Origin: a virus
Strand: one strand, 5' to 3'
Length of the DNA stretch: 64,000 bases
Virus record (IMG/VR): IMGVR_UViG_3300024221_000009
Coordinates: 1-64,000 of that record
Shown: in pieces, positions 39,101-49,382 of the stretch
Layout: the number at the start of each line of letters is the position of its first letter
How positions within the stretch are numbered: the first letter of the stretch is position 1
Position numbers and translations under genes: made by a program
Notes under the pieces: model-generated
The model's input: only the letters and a program-made list of their open reading frames with translations
What the model was told of the DNA's origin: nothing
Databases searched by the model: none

Positions 39101-40667
39101 ATTTCCTTCAAATTTATTAGGAGCTAAATTTACAGAACATGTAACACCAGATAACGAAAATAACTATTCATGGATTTATTTTGACACTGGGAATGGCAAT
39201 ATTTATGGGATGAAAGTACTTTCTATTCCTAATGACTCGGAAATTATAGTAAACGGAAGGCCTGTTTTATTTAATCCTACTCCTGATATAGATCCAAACA
39301 CTGGTGAGGAAGGTTCTCCGGTAGAAAGTGGAGCCCAAGTATTAGGGGATGCTGCTATGGCGGCTTTAGCTAATGACGTTGAGTTTAAATATTGGAAAAC
39401 TGGAAAATCTGGTTGGAAAAACGTATTAGAAGAAATTGTTTCTTATAAATTTGCTCAAAGATTTAATAAATTCGGAGACATAGAATATATTACAGTAAAT
39501 AAAGAAAATATAAAATACAATGAATTTGTATTAGAAGTTCAAGATGGTGTAGAGTTTTTAAAACCCTCAATACTAACAAATTCATCAGATGGAGATAGAC
39601 CTAAATCATATCAGCTTTTTTCTGGTGAAATAGGTAAAGTTATATCAGGAAGAAACGACAGAGGATATTTTACAATTCTTAGAAGAATGAATGGCGGTTA
39701 TGATCCTTTATTTAAGGACTGTATCAGCTTTACAGATATTAACACAGAACAGAGCTTGCTTATTCCTGAATTAGGAGAAAACACAATAGAGCCAGATAAG
39801 GCAGATATGAGAGCTAATTTAATCTATAATAAATTTAGATACCTGGGAGTATCGTTTGCTTCTTATAAAAATGTAGACTCTTCTTATGGTTTTATTAACA
39901 ATATGCATTTTCATAAGGTTAATGATGAAAATTCTAAAAACTTATTAAAATTGTCTGAGACATCTGATAAACTACCTTTATATCCATTAATTGGAGAAAT
40001 AGCAATTGATAAAAAAGACTTTAATGTATTTAAATCTAAATATGCTAGCGATTATTTTACAAAATCATTGCCTGGTTTAAATAGAGAAAAAGCACATGGA
40101 ACTTTAACACCAATTGAATTAAAATCATTTATGGTTTCAACTATAATGAAAGTAAAAGATGAGTATGACTTAACTAATTTTTCTTCAACGGAAGAAACTA
40201 GTTTAGACGCGTTAGATAGAATAAGATTTAATAAATTAGACACTGCATCAATCCACTGGGTTGAAAATAATGAAGACATTATAGCTGATTTTTATTTACC
40301 AAGATCAATTTATAACGAGTTATTAGAAGATGGCATCTATCATAAATTTAAAAAATACGTAGACTCTGAAAATTCATTTGGAGATAAAACAACAATAGAA
40401 GACGATTTAGAAAAATATGTATATCATAATATTGTTAATAGGTTTATTATAGAATCTATTAGTGTTTATGGTATTGAAGGTAAAGATTTAGAAACATCAT
40501 TTGTTTCAGTTGATAATGTACAAGAATTAAAAGAAAATAATTTTAAACTAGACACTGGATTTGAGATACAAGGAGATCAAACGGATGGTTTAAGTTTTAG
40601 ACTAATATATAATAAAAGAATAGGCTATAAATATAATTTAAAGCTTCATATTAAAATACAAGCATAA
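36192..40667 (+). CDS. large virion structural protein (1491 aa)
   Basis: Long ORF preceded by GATATATA (36159). Confidence 0.5.
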   Translation: MAIKFNIENNELDNNSFALLRTNPKFTSNIKLIVDSSEDIFLSSFKANNTLSKVKFQKFEIKKNGEYSNDVAQFFKGVPVKERFETLRKNSDITPYSEYSYQYENQYNYGASFNSTKLYDEQYKMFAPIWLERRVPRKFVVYRVLDVDYKNKYEETTEGQNSRILNLLKDATIIKTFDLTRNSNVGQYLYNHVFSKAMPTSSLDFNFGEQGEISYNGIDTSKGGFASKLGLMNSEYLKEQTPEIYANELITSGFENSELISANLINMEFMFDDVNAEDYEIYRYFGLYVDDIEEGTFKINTISSSNTISVAPKSVETSYDLQNTELIPEDFLPNTDDLNKPTLNYIKYSDKDYMHIRNLNFSKDLRIPISKNSDDIDIIEYTKSDNKVKAIDKSISNKGFISFKVTGTPNHNDRLFIADKTEIKIENYSLYDFTLIADENLDAGKSVDNRFSTKGGVQSVAIAIGRVIDQKSKLFKIIVDKDTITIEDYANGDNRKRLVFGIYNQNLNQFVSVVHGESGDANLSNTLVNNPPIDTDFNDWSMFTPVGGSKKGAAFFVDKSELGDVKVNQYFKFSNLNKYVRITAIVNDYGDSNLYRVILENNISIPSDGDIQLYDKFRPSFGKFSAYDLKDFDFDFYSTQYSDLGELKYELSSEKFNNPLIPVLKQEEIGNTEQNSINIRSEYDRLSENKLKETSLLSRVVPTFMKFKLKGATNARNKPYLLNASEVFGADNLSPNIKIESGRSIDNLNMEHFHINKIPKRFITENGTLNGLNSYLDFKTDGDFTLEKLKSTDTDYFSLYFKWNGYKDFENDVWVDDKFKNLFTKFREGTGELNSSTVFRGLRYLYKKRKETEKVEPTEFIETSEINDFKFGVVLTYNSNSTIKSNKVNYKVVKNDTFKFICVFIELNIVLNVAGWLEREMLYNQTDIISGETTDPVTGITTPILVDSTIPFNLDLAGTDWNAPTEGYSVFPSNLLGAKFTEHVTPDNENNYSWIYFDTGNGNIYGMKVLSIPNDSEIIVNGRPVLFNPTPDIDPNTGEEGSPVESGAQVLGDAAMAALANDVEFKYWKTGKSGWKNVLEEIVSYKFAQRFNKFGDIEYITVNKENIKYNEFVLEVQDGVEFLKPSILTNSSDGDRPKSYQLFSGEIGKVISGRNDRGYFTILRRMNGGYDPLFKDCISFTDINTEQSLLIPELGENTIEPDKADMRANLIYNKFRYLGVSFASYKNVDSSYGFINNMHFHKVNDENSKNLLKLSETSDKLPLYPLIGEIAIDKKDFNVFKSKYASDYFTKSLPGLNREKAHGTLTPIELKSFMVSTIMKVKDEYDLTNFSSTEETSLDALDRIRFNKLDTASIHWVENNEDIIADFYLPRSIYNELLEDGIYHKFKKYVDSENSFGDKTTIEDDLEKYVYHNIVNRFIIESISVYGIEGKDLETSFVSVDNVQELKENNFKLDTGFEIQGDQTDGLSFRLIYNKRIGYKYNLKLHIKIQA

Positions 40668-40670
40668 TAG

Positions 40671-43208
40671 ATGCCAATCAGAGTTCAAGAAATATTTAGA
40701 AGCGATTTAGATCCCAATAGTGATTACTGGTGGGCTAGTGATAAATTAGATAAACTTAATTATAATTTTGGTTTGCTATCATTAGGTGGTGTACCAGGTC
40801 CACTAGGACCCCAAGGTAATGATGGTTTTACTGGTGAAAGAGGTTTTCAAGGACTGGTAGGTTTTCAAGGTCCATTAGGACATCAAGGCTCTACTGGATT
40901 AGCCGGATATTCTCTATGGAAGATAATAAGCGGAGAAGATAATGATACTTTGATTCCATTATTTCAAGACAATGGATTATCAGAGTATTCTGCAATACCT
41001 ATTATTATCGGTGGAGAAGATGACTCCATATTATGGAGCTCCGGAACCCAAGGCCCGGATCCTTATGGATATGATACTCCTTTAAATTATGAAAGTTCGG
41101 TTGCAACGTTCTATGCTAAGCAAAATAAGATTAATTTATCTTTTAGCTTAAATAATTCAGACGCTGGATATAGAATCAATGATGTAACGTCATCAACTAA
41201 TATTGTTGATTTTGGTAATTTACCAGCCGATCCAAATATCGCAGGATATTTACATGTAAATAATATTTTAGATCAAACAGAATATAATTTACAATATTTA
41301 GATGCTCAAAATGAATTTCAAAACCTGCTTTCAATTGATGAAAATGATTTAACATCGTTTTCAACGAATTCAGTATTTAATCAACCAGTTATAGTAAATT
41401 CTTTAAAATATAATTCAAACGCAGGTATTGGAAAAGTTCTAGTATCTACAAACACTGATGGTGATGTCATTTGGAAAAATCAAGTTGAAGTTTTTAGCGC
41501 TCTTCCTGAAGGTTCTGTAATATCTCTAAGAAGAGAAGATTTTAATAATATTAATTTTCATATAAACGATGCAGGATCTTTAAGTGAAGATCAAGCTAAT
41601 GAATTAAATATAATATATGGTAGAGGAAGAGAAGAAGGACCTTTTAGAGGATGGTATCTAGCTAATGGTAAAACTTGGGAATTTGATAATGGATTAGTTG
41701 CACATGCTGTTCCTAATTTAAATAGTTTTAATTATGTTATTGATAGCGGTACAGCAGGTACTGGAGAATTAGGAGGTACTGCAGGGGATGATACTACTAT
41801 TATTATAGGAGGTGGAGACACTCAAGTAAACGCCCTATATAGTAATCCAAATACGAATTATACGGTAGATCTTACTTTAAATTCTTCGGACGATACTTTA
41901 GACGTAGATAGTATTACAGGCTCTTCTGCGATTTTACATAAAAATGTAAATATAGTAAAATTAAACGAAAACAACTTATATTGGAGAACAAATCCAGGAG
42001 GAGTACCTTTAACATTAACAATAGCGCTTTCAGTACCAGGAGATAATTCTGGAGTTGCATGTAGTAATTCACAGCAGAATTATGAAATTACTAATATTAG
42101 CGGAATAAGTGAATGGATAGATACTTCAAACGCTTTAACAGGATCTACGTTATACACTTCTGTTAATGGAGCCGCAGGATCTATCGCCGTTGCTAATAAA
42201 TGGTATGCAACTGGCGGTGTTGCTAGATTTTGGAATGGAAGTTCATTTACATCAATAGTATCTTGTCCAGTTGTAAGCAATGTAAACTTAAGATATGATC
42301 TTAGTGTTACTGCCTTAAATGGAAGTGTTACATCGACTGGTATTTTTGAAATAGACGGAACAGATTTTGCAAGTGCAACAACGCTAATGGACTCTAATAA
42401 CAATAACGCTAACGGCGGATGGTATAAAGTATCTAATGATGTTAATGGATTACGTAGGTTCTGGAATGGAAGTCAATTCTTAGGAGATTCAATTAGTGAA
42501 GAGTATGTTTATGAAGAAACTAACTTACAGCTATCTAATCAATCCGGAACTAGTGCATGTTCAATGTATGGTAGCATCACTCCTGATTTTATATATTATG
42601 CAACAGACAATATACCTACTGGGCCGGCTCTAAATCAATTAAGCAACATAAAAAGCGTAGACGGTGTTGTATACGTTCACTATAATTGGATAGGATCAGT
42701 TGGCGGTCAATTTCCACTAGTTAAAGTTTATGAACAAAATATAGTTAATAGTTCATCACCTTATTCTTCTATTATTGAAGGTAGTTTTAGTGGAAACAAC
42801 GTATATGTTTCAAATATACTAACAACATCTAAAGTTGGTAAAGCAATAAGGTGTAATGACAATATAACTGGAAATACTGGAATTAATATAATAGACTGGA
42901 ATAGTGGAAACCCACCTACAGTCGACGGCACTGGCGGAGTAATCGACATATATACACAAAACGGAAGAACTTTAAAATTAATAGCAACAAATAGTAACCA
43001 AAGCCATTGGGCTATAGCAAATGTTGTTATAACTGGTTCTAACGGATTTAGTACAACTTTAAGTGTATCACTAGAAGGAGATGTTGGTTCTAGTAATCAA
43101 AGTAGAACAGATACAGATACAGTTCCATTATTGGCTGGAGAATACACATGGACTTGGGACGTACTTAACATGACAAATTCAAGTATAATTAATTTTGTGT
43201 TTGATTAA
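40671..43208 (+). CDS. tail fibre 1 (collagen-like G-X-Y segment, collar-like GWYLANG motif)
   Basis: DKLNYNF, GPQG..GFQG repeats, GWYLANG..VPNL, internal WY..RFWNGS.F repeats. Confidence 0.7.
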   Translation: MPIRVQEIFRSDLDPNSDYWWASDKLDKLNYNFGLLSLGGVPGPLGPQGNDGFTGERGFQGLVGFQGPLGHQGSTGLAGYSLWKIISGEDNDTLIPLFQDNGLSEYSAIPIIIGGEDDSILWSSGTQGPDPYGYDTPLNYESSVATFYAKQNKINLSFSLNNSDAGYRINDVTSSTNIVDFGNLPADPNIAGYLHVNNILDQTEYNLQYLDAQNEFQNLLSIDENDLTSFSTNSVFNQPVIVNSLKYNSNAGIGKVLVSTNTDGDVIWKNQVEVFSALPEGSVISLRREDFNNINFHINDAGSLSEDQANELNIIYGRGREEGPFRGWYLANGKTWEFDNGLVAHAVPNLNSFNYVIDSGTAGTGELGGTAGDDTTIIIGGGDTQVNALYSNPNTNYTVDLTLNSSDDTLDVDSITGSSAILHKNVNIVKLNENNLYWRTNPGGVPLTLTIALSVPGDNSGVACSNSQQNYEITNISGISEWIDTSNALTGSTLYTSVNGAAGSIAVANKWYATGGVARFWNGSSFTSIVSCPVVSNVNLRYDLSVTALNGSVTSTGIFEIDGTDFASATTLMDSNNNNANGGWYKVSNDVNGLRRFWNGSQFLGDSISEEYVYEETNLQLSNQSGTSACSMYGSITPDFIYYATDNIPTGPALNQLSNIKSVDGVVYVHYNWIGSVGGQFPLVKVYEQNIVNSSSPYSSIIEGSFSGNNVYVSNILTTSKVGKAIRCNDNITGNTGINIIDWNSGNPPTVDGTGGVIDIYTQNGRTLKLIATNSNQSHWAIANVVITGSNGFSTTLSVSLEGDVGSSNQSRTDTDTVPLLAGEYTWTWDVLNMTNSSIINFVFD

Positions 43209-43266
43209 TGTAATTAATTTAACTATATCTCAATAAAAAACAAATATATAATAAATATACTATAAG

Positions 43267-45561
43267 ATGGCAATTAATTTAAAACAAATATTAATATCAG
43301 ACACTGATAACATTAAATTAGACAAAGTTAACTATAACTTTGATCAGTTAGTTGCTAATGGTGGAGGACCCCAGGGTTCACAGGGTACTGATGGAATTAC
43401 AGGTTTTCAAGGAGTTACTGGATATCAAGGTTTTCAAGGAGAAATTGGTGATCAAGGAGTTCAAGGTGCTCAAGGTACTAATGGACAAGATATTTGGAAA
43501 ATAAATATAGGTGATCCAGGTCAACAAACAGTTGATACTATTTTACCAGCACATGATATAACTAGTATAGCTAATCCACCAGCTGTTGTTATAGGATATA
43601 AAACAGATGACTTTCAATATGATTTACCAGAGGGTAATTCACAATTTGTAATACACAGACATGATCCTTTTCAAAGTAATTTAGAATTAAAATATAGCGG
43701 TAATACAGATACATCTTTTACGTTTGATTTAAGAGATAACGGGCAGCCAATGACAGTTGGTAGCATACTAACTCTTAAGTTTAAAGGCACTCAAAACGTA
43801 AATGATACAAATATATTTAACAGTGTTGCTGACAAATTTATTTGGAGAAAAACAGAAGGATCTCCAGAGCTAGTTTCAATAGACGAAAACTTATTTACAA
43901 CAACTTTAGAAGCTGAATTTAATAATCTTACAGTAAATGATGGATTAACAATAAGTGATACAAGTGCTGATGTAGATAAAATTGCAGTATCTGTTGATTC
44001 AGATGGTGAAATTACTTTTAAAAGTGTTGATGAAATCGGAGGGGTGGTTCCAGTAGGTACTATAGTGTCTATGGTTCCTTCTTTTTTTACAGATTCAACT
44101 AAATTTATAAATCAAGAAACATTAAATTCGGTAAGTTCGCACCCTTTACAGATAAAGGTTGGTGCTGGTATAGGAGAGCATGCTGGGTGGTATTTATGTA
44201 ATGGTCAAGATTGGACTAACGGTGAATCAACTTATTCAACACCTGATCTAAACTCATTTTCATACACAATAGACAATGATCCTAATATTAGTGATTCAAC
44301 AAGCCAAGGAGATGCTAATGTATCTAACAATTCTCTTTCGATTATAGGAGGAGCAGATACTAGCTTAACAGGTACTTATAATCAAGCAAATAGCAATTAT
44401 ACTGTTACAGGTACTTTAGATCCTAATACAACTGAAAACTTTTATACAGCAACAGGTTCAACTTACGTTGTTAAAAAACTTCCTCAAGTAATATATTTAG
44501 GATTAGATGATTTATATTGGAGTGACGCTGGATCAAATCAAGGGTTTGTACCGAGCTCGTTTACTATACCAGATTGGACTGGAAACGTTTCGCTCACAGT
44601 TCCTTCTTCAGGTGGACATCCAGCATTTACATTAGGTAATTCAACTGATGTTAGACCTCAAGCGAGTCAACAGCCATTCCCTGCAAACACAACACAAACC
44701 GATAACGGGCCATACTCATATAATTATGAAGTGTTAGTTCCAAGTGGATATGCAAACTCAGGATCATATATTCAAGACACAATACAAGGTGTTATTGTAG
44801 AGACAAGCTATAATCCTTCATTTAATGCAGTATTAAACTTTCAACCAACAACCCCTAACACATCAGGAGCATTAAGCTATAGTGATGGACATACTGGAAC
44901 TCCAGGTTCTCAAGGAGCTGGTACAATTACAGTAAACGCACCTAATGATTATTATTTTGTAGATGACCCTGCAATAGTTTATGCTTCAGGACCTCAAGCA
45001 AATGCTTCAATATCACATGACGGCGATGTATACGCAGCGGACGGTACTACTAGTATTGGTAAAACATACGATACCGCTTTTACAATAGGATCTACAGGTA
45101 CTACAACAGAGTATACGTATTCTAGTAACGTTCCAAGTGTATTAACACAAGACGTTATTGAAACAGCAGTAGAAACATCTCTTGGAAGCGGTGGTATAAA
45201 TTGGGAATGGGCATTTTCAAGTAGTGTTATAACAAACCAACAAGGAAATCACGTATATACTGGGAGACCAAATGAAACATATAACCTACAAGTAAGCTGT
45301 TGGTACATAGGCCCAAATTCAAACCCGGTAGGTATGCAACAATTTTCAATTCAAACAACTCAATTAAGCGGTCTAAATCTAGGATACGACGTTGACTCTG
45401 ATCCTTCTTCATCTGGAGCAGACATATATATGTCAGATACTGGTAATAATACAATGCCACCGAGTGGAGGATCGTCATCAAGAATGTATGCGGGTATGTT
45501 AACAATAACTTCAACAGGTATTGGAAGTGGAGAGTTTTTAAATAGAATGCAACACATATAA
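43267..45561 (+). CDS. tail fibre 2 (paralogue of 40671)
   Basis: DKVNYNF, G-X-Q collagen-like repeat, VPVGTIV..GWYLCNG..TPDL collar motif. Confidence 0.7.
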   Translation: MAINLKQILISDTDNIKLDKVNYNFDQLVANGGGPQGSQGTDGITGFQGVTGYQGFQGEIGDQGVQGAQGTNGQDIWKINIGDPGQQTVDTILPAHDITSIANPPAVVIGYKTDDFQYDLPEGNSQFVIHRHDPFQSNLELKYSGNTDTSFTFDLRDNGQPMTVGSILTLKFKGTQNVNDTNIFNSVADKFIWRKTEGSPELVSIDENLFTTTLEAEFNNLTVNDGLTISDTSADVDKIAVSVDSDGEITFKSVDEIGGVVPVGTIVSMVPSFFTDSTKFINQETLNSVSSHPLQIKVGAGIGEHAGWYLCNGQDWTNGESTYSTPDLNSFSYTIDNDPNISDSTSQGDANVSNNSLSIIGGADTSLTGTYNQANSNYTVTGTLDPNTTENFYTATGSTYVVKKLPQVIYLGLDDLYWSDAGSNQGFVPSSFTIPDWTGNVSLTVPSSGGHPAFTLGNSTDVRPQASQQPFPANTTQTDNGPYSYNYEVLVPSGYANSGSYIQDTIQGVIVETSYNPSFNAVLNFQPTTPNTSGALSYSDGHTGTPGSQGAGTITVNAPNDYYFVDDPAIVYASGPQANASISHDGDVYAADGTTSIGKTYDTAFTIGSTGTTTEYTYSSNVPSVLTQDVIETAVETSLGSGGINWEWAFSSSVITNQQGNHVYTGRPNETYNLQVSCWYIGPNSNPVGMQQFSIQTTQLSGLNLGYDVDSDPSSSGADIYMSDTGNNTMPPSGGSSSRMYAGMLTITSTGIGSGEFLNRMQHI

Positions 45562-45564
45562 AAT

Positions 45565-46377
45565 ATGATTTTTTATAAATACATACTTGATAAAATATTA
45601 AATAAGAATACTCTAATTTTCATTGGAGTTTCTTTGTTTGTTTTGCTTTTTTTAAGACAATGTAATCAAATAGAAAACTTAAAGATAGAAATAGATAATG
45701 CTCAAAAAATATCTAATAGAAACTTAAATAATTATAAAGCGAGTTTAGATACTATTAAATTTGAGAAAAATAAGAATGAAGAAACTATTGCTAAGATAAG
45801 ATCTTATGAATTAGAGGTTTCAGATTTAAATAAATCTAAAGCAAATCTTCTTAAAAAATATAACAATGTTTTAAGCATAAATAAAGACGTTGAAGAGATT
45901 AATTCAGTAATTAGTGCAGATCTAGAGGTTAAAGATTCTATAATTAACGCAACATCTATTATTACAAAAGAAGCAGACACAACAACACTTTCAATATTTG
46001 ATAATAAAGAGTGGGATAAATATAATTGGAGAAGTTTTGATGGATCATTAAGATTAAGAGTTAATGATTCTTCATTTAGCCTACTTTCATCAGAGTTTAA
46101 CTTTAGTCAAGGTATTAGTTTGACAGCGGGTATTATAAAAACAACTGAAGGAAATAGCTTAAAAATAACTTCGCCATATCCTAATTTAACATTTACTAGG
46201 ATTGAAAATTTAAATTTAGTAAATGATGAATTAAATAGACCTATGATAGGAAAGTCAGGATGGTCTGTAGGATTTGGAGTTGGATATGGATTAAATTTAA
46301 ATCCAAATCAAGTAATTAGTGTAGGACCTACTATTGGAATAGGACTTTATTGGTCTCCAAAATGGTTAAGATTTTAA
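45565..46377 (+). CDS. membrane-anchored coiled-coil protein, possibly spanin-like
   Basis: N-terminal hydrophobic helix ending LRQC, coiled coil, Gly-rich C-terminal beta strands ending in Phe. Confidence 0.4.
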   Translation: MIFYKYILDKILNKNTLIFIGVSLFVLLFLRQCNQIENLKIEIDNAQKISNRNLNNYKASLDTIKFEKNKNEETIAKIRSYELEVSDLNKSKANLLKKYNNVLSINKDVEEINSVISADLEVKDSIINATSIITKEADTTTLSIFDNKEWDKYNWRSFDGSLRLRVNDSSFSLLSSEFNFSQGISLTAGIIKTTEGNSLKITSPYPNLTFTRIENLNLVNDELNRPMIGKSGWSVGFGVGYGLNLNPNQVISVGPTIGIGLYWSPKWLRF

Positions 46378-46393
46378 AATATAAAAAATAACA

Positions 46394-48448
46394 ATGGCGC
46401 AATCATCTAAATTTGCAAGACTTGACGAAGACGTACTATTAGAATTTATCTATCACGATCAAAGCGCGACTGATAATGCTAAAATAGAAAATGACGAAAA
46501 CGGAAGTCAACTTAAATACTTAAACACATCAAACACGAATAGTGCTGATAGAATGCTTATTCACGAGTTAGGAAGTGATGTTGTTAATTTTACAGTAAAT
46601 GTTGCAAATGGATATGTATATGTAAACAATTTCGCTTCTAGAGAGCTAATCTTAAAGAATGGAATGACATATAAATTTAATCTAAATGATGTGTCAATAG
46701 ATAATCAATCTGGGTTCTATATAAATGGAGTTGCTCAAACGCCAGTTGGTGGAATAGTAACTTATAGTCCTAATACAAATGGAAATTACACATACTCTTA
46801 TGAAAACGCATTAGGTACTTCTTTTATTGGAGGTAATTTAATGGTTGGTGACAGAGCTAATTCTTTATATGCAAGACCAGAACAGGAAACAGGTAATACA
46901 ATTAAAACAGCACCGGGAGAAGTTGGAAGATACTATGCAGTACCAACTGATAATTCAAATACATTAGCACTTTTAGGAAATGATTTAGATTATTTAAATT
47001 CTCAAGAATGGGAAGGAACAAGTTCTGCTAATTTAGGAGTTGTTCAATCTTCACAAGTACAGGCAGTATGGTATGATACTATAAGACTTCACTTAAGAAC
47101 AGGATATAGTTTTAGTGGTAGAGGATACGAAGGATTTTTATTCCAAGTAAAAGCAAAAAGAAATTCAGGAGAATATGGTTATTTTACTTCTGTTGTTTAT
47201 TTAAACTCTTCAAGCTTTGAGGTTCAAAATCCTAATCCATTTACTTTAGTTGATAGTTCTTTTTCAAAATATATTGAAATTAAAGTACCTGCACTAATAC
47301 ACATGTCAGACGCTAACAAAAATTTAGAGTTTTCTGAAACTTTTTTTGGGACAGGATCTGATGCAATACTTTCAACTGCAAATTATGAAATATCTTTAGG
47401 ATTAATATCTGATGTTAAAACTGTTACAGGATATGATTATATTGAAATTGCTGATGAAAAAGAAATAACACTAGCACAAGAAGACGAATTCGTAGATATA
47501 GCTGTTAATTTAAATGAAGATCCTAATGGAGACTATTTTCAAATATATGGAACTAAAGACGGCTCTCAATCAGGATTTGAAAACTATATTAATGGTAGAA
47601 TAGAAACAACATCAGATGACATTACAGTTTTTTATGATGTTGAAGTTAGTGAACAAATAGGTTTAAATTATATAAGTACATATCAATCAACGTTCTCACA
47701 GGTTTCAAATTTTGATCAAAACTTAATATACAGACCTGTAATTTTAAATTCTTCAGTAAGTAGTAACTTTTTATTACAAGTATCTATGAGAATTTATAAT
47801 GAAACAGATAATACACAAATATTAAAAAGAGCTTCTTTAATATACAATAAGCCTAAGAAATATGGTAGAAGAATGTCTAAAATAAATTTAAGTGGAAATT
47901 ATTCTCCAACTGTAATTTACAATAAACTAGACAATACATCAGTTAATAGAGAAATTAATCAATTTGTTAACTCATCAAGACCTGTTATAGGAGAAACTAA
48001 ATATGTGCCAGTTGCTATTAATGTATATGGCGTTGTTGCAGGATCTACTAATATAACACTACAAGGAACTGAAATAGAGTCAACGAATGAAATTGATTAT
48101 TCTCAAAATGGAGAAGGAGAAATAACTTTATCTAAAGTGTCTGATAACTTTATTAAATTTAGTATTGCTAAACCAGCTGGAGATTCTTTAGAATCTATAA
48201 GTTTGGTTAATGCTGATGATATTGTTTTAATTATTAAATCAGGGGCAGTGGAACAACAAGTTAGCCACAACCCTACTTTCCCAGATATCGATTTAGGAAA
48301 TGGAGAAGTTTTATTTAAAGTAAATAAGGCAGTCGCAACAAGATTTGATAAAGAAGATACTAATATAAATCAAGATAAGTTTTATATTAACTTAAAGAAT
48401 GGAGAAACAGAATCTCTTCTATATCACGGTAAAGTAAATATTATATAA
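46394..48448 (+). CDS. virion structural protein (684 aa)
   Basis: Long beta-rich ORF in the tail cluster. Confidence 0.5.
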   Translation: MAQSSKFARLDEDVLLEFIYHDQSATDNAKIENDENGSQLKYLNTSNTNSADRMLIHELGSDVVNFTVNVANGYVYVNNFASRELILKNGMTYKFNLNDVSIDNQSGFYINGVAQTPVGGIVTYSPNTNGNYTYSYENALGTSFIGGNLMVGDRANSLYARPEQETGNTIKTAPGEVGRYYAVPTDNSNTLALLGNDLDYLNSQEWEGTSSANLGVVQSSQVQAVWYDTIRLHLRTGYSFSGRGYEGFLFQVKAKRNSGEYGYFTSVVYLNSSSFEVQNPNPFTLVDSSFSKYIEIKVPALIHMSDANKNLEFSETFFGTGSDAILSTANYEISLGLISDVKTVTGYDYIEIADEKEITLAQEDEFVDIAVNLNEDPNGDYFQIYGTKDGSQSGFENYINGRIETTSDDITVFYDVEVSEQIGLNYISTYQSTFSQVSNFDQNLIYRPVILNSSVSSNFLLQVSMRIYNETDNTQILKRASLIYNKPKKYGRRMSKINLSGNYSPTVIYNKLDNTSVNREINQFVNSSRPVIGETKYVPVAINVYGVVAGSTNITLQGTEIESTNEIDYSQNGEGEITLSKVSDNFIKFSIAKPAGDSLESISLVNADDIVLIIKSGAVEQQVSHNPTFPDIDLGNGEVLFKVNKAVATRFDKEDTNINQDKFYINLKNGETESLLYHGKVNII

Positions 48449-48999
48449 TGATATTAAACAGTAGAAATAACTTATTTAACTTTAAATTTCCTCGTAAATT
48501 TATACCGGTTGAAGTGGCTGATAAATACAGGAAGTATTTAAACAGAATGCCTGGGAATTTAATTACAGAACCTATTGATTTTATTAACTACTCAATACAA
48601 GGTATTGCAATTCCTGGAATTGAATTTGATCCTGTAGAACAAACACCAAATGATGGTACTATTACATATCATAGAGGATCCATACCTATTCAAAACACAA
48701 TTGAAAGACAATTTCAAGTAGAGTTGCAACTATTAGATGGGTATATAAATTATTGGATTTTACAAGACACTCTTTTGTATTACTATTCTAAATCTGTTAG
48801 AGCTCCATTTATTGATGATTTAAAGCTTCAAATATTAGATGCTGAAGGAATACATGTTATGAGTGCTACATTTGAAAAACCTATTATGAACTCAATTACC
48901 GAACTGGAATTAAACATGAGTTCTAACATAGCGGAGTTTAACACATTTACAATTAACTTTTATTATAATAAATTTAATTTAAAGTTAGAAATTGATTAA
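48448..48999 (+). CDS. tail-tube-fold protein (gp3 tail terminator/gp19-like)
   Basis: SIQGIAIPGIEF...ITELEL...TFTINFYY pattern. Confidence 0.55.
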   Translation: MILNSRNNLFNFKFPRKFIPVEVADKYRKYLNRMPGNLITEPIDFINYSIQGIAIPGIEFDPVEQTPNDGTITYHRGSIPIQNTIERQFQVELQLLDGYINYWILQDTLLYYYSKSVRAPFIDDLKLQILDAEGIHVMSATFEKPIMNSITELELNMSSNIAEFNTFTINFYYNKFNLKLEID

Positions 49000-49011
49000 G
49001 ATATATACTAT

Positions 49012-49380
49012 ATGAAAACATTTTTAGATTACATGACAAATGCCAATGCAACTGAAGCAGAACTTCAAATATTGCAAGAATCTTTACAGTCGGAGTGGAC
49101 TGAATCTTTAGAAGAAAAAGTAGATTCTGCTCTTGAAGAATTTGTATCAGAATACAAGCAGGAAGATGGAACATACGATGTTGAAAGACTTAATAATGAA
49201 ATGACTAATGAAGGTATATTAGGTTCTATTTTTGGAGGTCTTACTGGGTTTGCTTTAGGAAAAACAATTGGTAAAGCAGTTGCTAAAGTCTTAGGTATTG
49301 AAAAAGGAATAATGTATGAAATGCTAACCTCTCGATTAGTTGGTGCCGCTCTTGGTGCTGCAATCGGTAAAAAACTATAA
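49012..49380 (+). CDS. acidic pro-region plus glycine-zipper amphipathic C-terminus
   Basis: MKTFLDYM start; MTNE|GILGSIFGGLTGFALG...LVGAALGAAIGKKL. Confidence 0.6.
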   Translation: MKTFLDYMTNANATEAELQILQESLQSEWTESLEEKVDSALEEFVSEYKQEDGTYDVERLNNEMTNEGILGSIFGGLTGFALGKTIGKAVAKVLGIEKGIMYEMLTSRLVGAALGAAIGKKL

Positions 49381-49382
49381 GA

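Noticed and set aside
40671-45561. Diversity-generating retroelement or invertible fibre cassette
   Set aside because: No reverse transcriptase, no template/variable repeat pair, no invertase or flanking inverted repeats seen
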